Translations under genes and position numbers: made by a program
Notes under the pieces: generated by a model
The model's input: the letters and a program-made list of their open reading frames with translations, nothing else
The model's database searches: none
What the model was told of the DNA's origin: nothing
NCBI GenBank assembly: GCA_951406725.2
Contig: OX597828.1
Span: forward strand, 14,198,001-14,262,000
DNA length: 64,000 nucleotides
Direction: 5' to 3'
Origin: Octopus vulgaris
Taxonomy: Eukaryota
In this document: positions 61,901-64,000 of the stretch, one piece after another
Numbering within the stretch: position 1 is the first letter of the stretch
Layout of the letters: each line of letters starts with the position of its first letter

Positions 61901-63370
61901 GACCATCATCAGGATACCAAGACAAGTTATTGCCAATTCACAATTTTCCAAATACTAATTTGTTAGAGACTAGCCACAGGTCAACCTTACTGGAGCAGTC
62001 AAGAATCCCAGTCATGAAGACATGATCATCTTGTCCTTTTCTCAGGCACAGCATATCTTGGACTACATATAATGTAGCCCTTTCAAGACATTAGGTTATA
62101 AGAGATTTGGTTGTTATTTCTAGCAGATTAAAGGACCAATTTTTTTAAATCTTCCAATTCATTAGTACATTTAAAAGATTACAGAAGTTTGATAATTAGG
62201 GTGTGAGGACTAGTGGTTAGGATGTAGGTTCAATTTCTGTATCAAGTAGCACTGTCTTTGAGCAAGGAACTTCATTTAACATTGGTCCAGTATCCTCAGC
62301 TGATAATGAAGACCAGACAGGTCTTGGTCAAGCCCTCTCTCCCCTTGAGAATCTGTCCTAGCCATTCTGGCTTCCTGAAAACTTAAAATGATTTAAAAAA
62401 AACGAAAAGAAAAGAAAAAAAATTACCTGGTCCAGTGATAGTAACTTTCATATCTCCATCACCAGCTCCTTTAGTATATACCTTGAAATCAGCATTGTCT
62501 TTCACTCTAATACCTTTAGGTTGGATTCCACGACCAGTTGCATAACATTTCTTTGCATTTGATGCTATTAAATTTAAGAAAGAAAAAATAACAGTTAAAA
62601 TATATATTTCTTTTAATCATTTCTTCAATGTATCTTCAAAGGCAAAATTATTTTAGTTGCTGTTGGCATTGTTACAAAAAGAAGGAAAAAAAAAATAACT
62701 CACCAGTAGAAATAGTAACCGAAATAGGGGATCGTGGAATAGGTTGTCCACAAAAGACAATGCTAATTGTATGGACTCCAGGCACTTTAGGTGTATATTC
62801 TACATGGTAAGTACCATCAGGCTGACGTGTCATCTTGGGCTTGATAGCATTTTGATTACCAGAGGGATCTGTGATGACAACACCCACTGGACCTTCTCCA
62901 GCATCTATCAAAGAGGACAAAAGTTATTGAGATATAAGTACAATATTTTGTGATTGGATATATCTAAAATTCTTTTATTTCTAAAATATTTAAGAAAATT
63001 TCCAGTAAAATTTTTGAAGGAATATTTCCAAACAAAATTTAAAGAGGAAATTTCAATGAAAATGTTTGAAGTAAAATGTTTTGCAAAGATAGAAAAACAA
63101 TTTGAAGGTGGCAAGGAAGAAAAAAAACTTACCTTTCAGAGAAATGGTAAAGTGAGTCACTACGCTCACAACATTTCCTGGTTCCAGACCAGGACCAGCT
63201 GCTTTGACCTTTGAGGGATCTCCAGCAGGAGCAGAAACTGCAACCGGAAACGGACTCTTAGGAATTTCCTTGCCTGAGTATTTGATGATTACCTTGTAAC
63301 TCCCTTCAACTTTAGGAGTGTACGTACAAGTGTACGTGAGGTGTTTGTCTTGGTTGAAAACAACCTCACA
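2061..63370 (-). CDS. FLNA: Filamin (filamin-A-like/cheerio orthologue), multi-exon CDS, 5'-partial: end of Ig1 through Ig24 and stop
   Basis: 35 exons with GT-AG ends encode tandem filamin repeats (GPGL...F.VD...AG.G...EGP...DN.DGT..V.Y.P..PG.Y.V.VK....IPGSPF) collinear with human FLNA. Phases match at all junctions except at the damaged 43.1-kb exon. The symbol denotes the family; invertebrates are co-orthologous to FLNA/B/C. Confidence 0.97.
2542..2762. mobile_element. piggyBac-type MITE
   Basis: TTAA|CCCTTTCGTTAC...GTAACAAAAGGG|TTAA; second copy at 14304-14520. Confidence 0.85.
3366..3419. repeat. (TA)n microsatellite
   Basis: Direct observation. Confidence 0.95.
3643..3840 (-). CDS. 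FLNA: Filamin exon (hinge 2/Ig24 start), phase 1-1
   Basis: [22 protein letters not shown]...[31 protein letters not shown]|gtaagt. Confidence 0.95.
5580..5707. repeat. Short inverted repeat around a (TA)n core, with an internal 24-bp tandem duplication
   Basis: TGTATAAATATAGTCATCCCATTTCTCTCTTTCAGAG ... CTCTGAAAGAGAGAAATGGGATGACTATATTTATACA. Confidence 0.85.
5783..5996. repeat. Compound (GA)n/GAGAGC microsatellite abutting a splice donor
   Basis: Direct observation; the source of the SLSL/RERE pseudo-ORFs. Confidence 0.95.
6001..6216 (-). CDS. FLNA: Filamin exon (Ig23), phase 1-1
   Basis: [71 protein letters not shown]|gtaggc. Confidence 0.96.
6679..6882. mobile_element. Foldback/MITE-like element with ~58-bp imperfect inverted arms
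   Basis: CATATTCTGTTGTGTCTGGGGAGAGTCATTTTCTTTTTGTGC ... GCACAAAAAGAAAATGACTCTCCACAAACACAACAGAATATG. Confidence 0.75.
7584..7754 (-). CDS. FLNA: Filamin exon (Ig22 end/Ig23 start), phase 1-1
   Basis: Hand-translated [57 protein letters not shown]; AAG acceptor, gtaagt donor. Confidence 0.95.
9883..10117 (-). mobile_element. mariner-derived non-autonomous element
   Basis: TIRs TTGGTGCATAATTATTG / CAATAATTATGCACCAA (mariner-like); minus-strand remnant [17 protein letters not shown] resembles a mariner transposase C-terminus. Confidence 0.8.
10790..11065 (-). mobile_element. Decayed 3' end of an RLE-type (HERO-like) non-LTR retrotransposon
   Basis: Minus-strand [28 protein letters not shown] resembles the ORF end LGITG...AEKASRWLWIKR, followed by a TGATCAA.C..GCTGGGTC 3'UTR motif (recalled similarity). 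Confidence 0.65.
11779..12069. repeat. Tandem duplication, ~156-bp period, ending in (CA)n/(TA)n
   Basis: ATCTTCAAGTGCTGCATG...GACATGTACACAC at 11779 and 11935. Confidence 0.9.
12066..12266. repeat. Long (TA)n/(TAAA)n microsatellite
   Basis: Direct observation; a further (TG)/(TA)/(CA)/(TACA) run lies at 12450-12575. Confidence 0.95.
12733..12940. repeat. Perfect palindrome: 102-bp arms, 4-nt loop
   Basis: 12733-12834 is the exact reverse complement of 12839-12940. Confidence 0.95.
14304..14520. mobile_element. piggyBac-type MITE, second copy, with 30-bp internal inversion and clipped right end
   Basis: Aligns to 2542-2762; 14392-14421 is inverted relative to 2632-2661. Confidence 0.85.
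15012..15129 (-). CDS. FLNA: Filamin exon (Ig22), phase 0-1
   Basis: [39 protein letters not shown]|gtaatt. Confidence 0.95.
15195..15370. mobile_element. piggyBac-type MITE, different family
   Basis: TTAA|CCCTTTAGTA...TATTAAAGGG|TTAA; decayed relative at ~3985-4160. Confidence 0.8.
16370..16500 (-). CDS. FLNA: Filamin exon (Ig21 end/Ig22 start), phase 1-0
   Basis: Hand-translated [44 protein letters not shown]|gtaata. Confidence 0.96.
16646..16783 (-). CDS. FLNA: Filamin exon (Ig21), phase 1-1
   Basis: Hand-translated [46 protein letters not shown]; AAG acceptor, gtcagt donor. Confidence 0.96.
17024..17125 (-). CDS. FLNA: Filamin exon (Ig20 end/Ig21 start), phase 1-1
   Basis: Hand-translated [34 protein letters not shown]|gtaagt. 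Confidence 0.96.
17276..17440 (-). CDS. FLNA: Filamin exon (Ig20 remainder), phase 1-1
   Basis: [55 protein letters not shown]|gtgagc. Confidence 0.96.
21622..21797. mobile_element. hAT (Charlie-like) MITE
   Basis: CAGTGCTC...GAGCACTG ends with a perfect 8-bp TSD ATATAGAC. Confidence 0.9.
21927..21937 (-). CDS. Candidate 11-nt microexon
   Basis: ctaattactaaaagctttctacag|GATGTGGCTAT|gtaagt; strong splice sites; its internal ATG is in frame with exon 17276-17440 (MWLC-TSPFD). Confidence 0.4.
23485..23623 (-). CDS. Candidate alternative first coding exon ([46 protein letters not shown]), ends phase 1
   Basis: CAAA-ATG start context, 46 open codons, TTG|gtaaga donor in the phase required by the 17440 acceptor, ~300 nt ATG-free leader, no pyrimidine tract near the ATG. 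Confidence 0.7.
23624..24030 (-). promoter_or_regulatory. Putative internal promoter and 5'UTR of a short filamin isoform
   Basis: Repeat-free island upstream of the candidate first exon; initiator-like TCAGTT at 23828-23833; A/C-rich leader. The start site itself is not established. Confidence 0.4.
24133..24622. repeat. ~200-bp diverged direct duplication with a mosaic junction
   Basis: ~24133-24335 repeats at ~24423-24622; the spacer is built from fragments of both ends. Confidence 0.85.
25194..25214 (-). CDS. Candidate 21-nt cassette microexon in Ig20 (ENYLAIR), phase 1-1
   Basis: tttgtgcattgtttttcctacag|AAAATTATTTGGCTATCAGAG|gtaact; length divisible by 3, open in the host frame. Confidence 0.7.
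26543..26671 (-). CDS. FLNA: Filamin exon (Ig19 end/Ig20 N-terminal strands incl. autoinhibitory A strand), phase 1-1
   Basis: [43 protein letters not shown]|gtaact. Confidence 0.96.
27609..27761 (-). CDS. FLNA: Filamin exon (Ig19), phase 1-1
   Basis: [51 protein letters not shown]|gtaatt. Confidence 0.96.
28698..28901 (-). CDS. FLNA: Filamin exon (Ig18 end/Ig19 start), phase 1-1
   Basis: [28 protein letters not shown]...[10 protein letters not shown]|gtgtgt. Confidence 0.95.
29344..29505 (-). CDS. FLNA: Filamin exon (Ig18), phase 1-1
   Basis: [54 protein letters not shown]|gtaact. Confidence 0.95.
30245..30418 (-). CDS. FLNA: Filamin exon (Ig17), phase 1-1
   Basis: [37 protein letters not shown]...GSPFKPKIT|gtaagt. 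Confidence 0.95.
30653..30900 (+). mobile_element. tRNA-derived SINE, full length
   Basis: TGGCTTAGTGG A-box, GGTTTCAATTCC B-box, 14-bp TSD TTATTTAGATTATT (30639-30652/30901-30914); relatives at ~5005, 9150, 40695, 54645. Confidence 0.85.
31679..31807 (-). CDS. FLNA: Filamin exon (Ig16 end/Ig17 start), phase 1-1
   Basis: [43 protein letters not shown]|gtcagt. Confidence 0.95.
32382..32522 (-). CDS. FLNA: Filamin exon (Ig16), phase 1-1
   Basis: [47 protein letters not shown]|gtgaga. Confidence 0.95.
32608..33099 (+). mobile_element. 5'-truncated RTE-type LINE 3' end with (GAT)n tail
   Basis: Starts with ORF-end remnant DQDLWRYAV, ends ...CATGGAAAATGGATGTTAAACGATGATGAT; same family at 40319, 46745, 59190, 60449. 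Confidence 0.75.
33106..33217 (-). CDS. FLNA: Filamin exon (hinge 1/Ig16 start), phase 0-1
   Basis: Hand-translated [37 protein letters not shown]; ttttag acceptor, gttagt donor; aligns with FLNA LRPFDLVIP. Confidence 0.9.
34241..34265 (-). CDS. Candidate hinge-1 25-nt microexon (xWEGKKYRP, ends phase 0)
   Basis: tattttcctttcccaaaag|CTGGGAGGGAAAGAAGTACAGACCA|gtaaga; purine-rich body, pyrimidine tract, strong donor. Confidence 0.5.
35001..35014 (-). CDS. Candidate hinge-1 microexon (10 nt 35005-35014 or 14 nt 35001-35014)
   Basis: atattttag|GAGTGTGTTG|gtgagtgaga with two tandem donors; frame is only restored together with the 25-nt candidate. Confidence 0.4.
35965..36012 (-). CDS. FLNA: Filamin hinge-1 48-nt exon, phase 0-0 ([16 protein letters not shown])
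   Basis: ttcccctatag acceptor, AAG|gtaagt donor, open and symmetric; supplies the Ala that follows Ig15 in FLNA (FQVTA). Confidence 0.85.
39890..40134 (-). CDS. FLNA: Filamin exon (Ig15), phase 1-0
   Basis: [31 protein letters not shown]...[14 protein letters not shown]|gtaagt. Confidence 0.95.
40319..40671 (+). mobile_element. RTE-type LINE/SINE 3' end
   Basis: Same family as 32608-33099; 8-bp TSD ACTAGTAT (40311-40318/40672-40679). Confidence 0.8.
41016..41183 (-). mobile_element. Non-autonomous Helitron
   Basis: Minus strand begins TC, ends with a GC-rich hairpin (CCTGAGCAACGCCGGG) then CTAG; inserted between A and T, no TSD. Confidence 0.8.
41508..41697 (-). CDS. FLNA: Filamin exon (Ig14 C-half/Ig15 start), phase 0-1
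   Basis: Hand-translated [63 protein letters not shown]|gtgagt. Confidence 0.95.
42307..42457 (-). CDS. FLNA: Filamin exon (Ig13 end/Ig14 N-half), phase 2-0
   Basis: cag|(S)[50 protein letters not shown]|gtaaat. Confidence 0.93.
43093..43172 (-). CDS. FLNA: Filamin exon (Ig13 C-half), 3' part and donor missing in this sequence; in-frame TGA at 43093-43095
   Basis: tag|[26 protein letters not shown]. About 14 codons and the phase-2 donor needed to join the next exon are replaced by a 44-bp copy of 43212-43255. Confidence 0.85.
44061..44234 (-). CDS. FLNA: Filamin exon (Ig12 end/Ig13 N-half), phase 1-1
   Basis: Hand-translated [58 protein letters not shown]|gtaaaa. Confidence 0.95.
45145..45357 (-). 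CDS. FLNA: Filamin exon (Ig12), phase 1-1
   Basis: [47 protein letters not shown]...YGDKHIP|gtaagt. Confidence 0.95.
45427..45734. mobile_element. hAT-type MITE
   Basis: CAGGCAT...ATGCCTG ends; near-perfect 8-bp TSD CTATAAAC/CTATAAAT. Confidence 0.8.
46517..46627 (-). CDS. FLNA: Filamin exon (Ig11 end/Ig12 start), phase 1-1
   Basis: [37 protein letters not shown]|gtaaga. Confidence 0.95.
48042..48215 (-). CDS. FLNA: Filamin exon (Ig11), phase 1-1
   Basis: [34 protein letters not shown]...YMPIEQ|gtaaat. Confidence 0.95.
48812..50104. mobile_element. hAT-type non-autonomous element with nested repeats
   Basis: Perfect 14-bp TIR CAGTGATTCTCAAC/GTTGAGAATCACTG; TSD only partly matching; three copies of AACATCTCTTTATACCTATCATTTTA at ~49738-49880. 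Confidence 0.6.
52758..53327 (-). CDS. FLNA: Filamin exon (Ig8, Ig9, start of Ig11-like), phase 1-1; largest coding exon (570 nt)
   Basis: [19 protein letters not shown]...GSPFKVDAV...AYGPGLKEG...[30 protein letters not shown]|gtaaac. Confidence 0.95.
53910..54134 (-). CDS. FLNA: Filamin exon (Ig6 C-half joined directly to Ig8-like start), phase 1-1
   Basis: [12 protein letters not shown]...[31 protein letters not shown]|gtaagt. Confidence 0.95.
55605..55716 (-). CDS. FLNA: Filamin exon (Ig6 start), phase 0-1
   Basis: Hand-translated [37 protein letters not shown]; cag acceptor, gtaaga donor. Confidence 0.95.
55875..56090 (+). mobile_element. SINE, second tRNA-like family
   Basis: AAGGCAGCAAGCTGGCAGAATCGTTAG...GAGTTCAAATTCC...GCCTTTCATCCTTT; reverse-strand relatives at ~32100-32310, 33570-33775, 47420-47555. 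Confidence 0.7.
57771..58028 (-). CDS. FLNA: Filamin exon (Ig5), phase 0-0
   Basis: [13 protein letters not shown]...[19 protein letters not shown]|gtaagt. Confidence 0.95.
59480..59673 (-). CDS. FLNA: Filamin exon (Ig4/Ig5 start), phase 1-0
   Basis: [54 protein letters not shown]...DFDPLK|gtgaga. Confidence 0.95.
60449..60735 (-). mobile_element. RTE-type LINE/SINE 3' end, reverse orientation
   Basis: (CAT)n tail then GTTTAACGTCTGCTTTCCATGCTAGCATGGGTTGGAC, the reverse complement of the family tail. Confidence 0.8.
61233..61490 (-). CDS. FLNA: Filamin exon (Ig3 C-half/Ig4 start), phase 1-1
   Basis: Hand-translated [51 protein letters not shown]...[28 protein letters not shown]; cag acceptor, gtacat donor. 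Confidence 0.95.
62427..62564 (-). CDS. FLNA: Filamin exon (Ig3 N-half), phase 1-1
   Basis: Hand-translated [46 protein letters not shown]; matches [29 protein letters not shown]. Confidence 0.95.
62704..62904 (-). CDS. FLNA: Filamin exon (Ig2), phase 1-1
   Basis: tag|[16 protein letters not shown]...[13 protein letters not shown]|gtgagt. Confidence 0.95.
63133..63370 (-). CDS. FLNA: Filamin exon (end Ig1/start Ig2), phase 0-1
   Basis: cag|[19 protein letters not shown]...[19 protein letters not shown]...ISLK|gtaagt. Confidence 0.95.
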
Positions 63371-64000
63371 CTGAAAAGAGGAAAAGAGGAGCAACAATAA
63401 AACCATTAATCAGAACAAAAAAAATGCATAGTAAAAGGAAAAAAAAAAAACTTAATTTTAATCTTATGAAATTAAATAACATTTTTAACTATTACTACTG
63501 ATTTTCAATAATGTCCTTTTGATTTAAAAAATATAAGCATACAGACATGGCTGTGTGGTTAAGAGCTTTGCATCCCAATCCTGTAGCATCAGGTTCAATC
63601 ACTCAGTGCATCCCTTGACCAAGTGTCATTTATAGTGTCAAGTTAACCAAGTGAATGGATTTATGAATGGATTTGATAAACAGAAACCGAAAGAAGCTCA
63701 TGTGTTTTCTTCATTATCACAATAGTTGTAAATGAGTTACTGTCATATGAGTGGTGTTTGTTTCCAATCTTTCATGTCCAGCCATGGGGAAAATAATACT
63801 CTACATGGAAACTGGTAGGGAGCAGTGATAGGAAGAATATTCAACCATAGAAAATTTGCCTCAATGGACATCACCTACACCATGCAAGCACAGAAAAGTT
63901 AGAATGTAGAGTTTGATTTTGTATGTATAAAAAAACAAATAATAATAATAATGGTTTCGAATTTTGGCACAAGCCCAGCAGTTTTTGGGGGAAGGGCTAA

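Overview
AT-rich, repeat-rich animal genomic DNA; the tRNA-SINE, RTE and MITE families look like those of Octopus (inference). Almost the whole window is one minus-strand filamin gene (FLNA/B/C and Drosophila cheerio family). I traced 35 coding exons with GT-AG boundaries, running from the end of Ig repeat 1 (63370) to the stop codon of the dimerisation repeat 24 (2061), followed by a ~1.1-kb 3'UTR with a poly(A) signal at 1001-1006. The actin-binding-domain exons lie beyond the right edge. Splice phases match at every junction but one: the Ig13 exon at ~43.1 kb is overwritten by a copy of nearby sequence, inside a cluster of five perfect 40-103 bp duplications (probably an assembly artefact). 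The protein lacks the equivalents of human Ig7 and Ig10. The most interesting region is the 9.1-kb intron inside the mechanosensor repeat Ig20, at the position of the vertebrate FLNC insert. It holds a candidate alternative first exon (23485-23623) for a mini-filamin without the autoinhibitory strand, a frame-preserving 21-nt microexon, and other candidate microexons. Hinge 1 also carries microexons. The introns contain a perfect ~100-bp-stem hairpin and many SINE, MITE, Helitron and LINE remnants. Ig numbering follows human FLNA, aligned by eye from memory.
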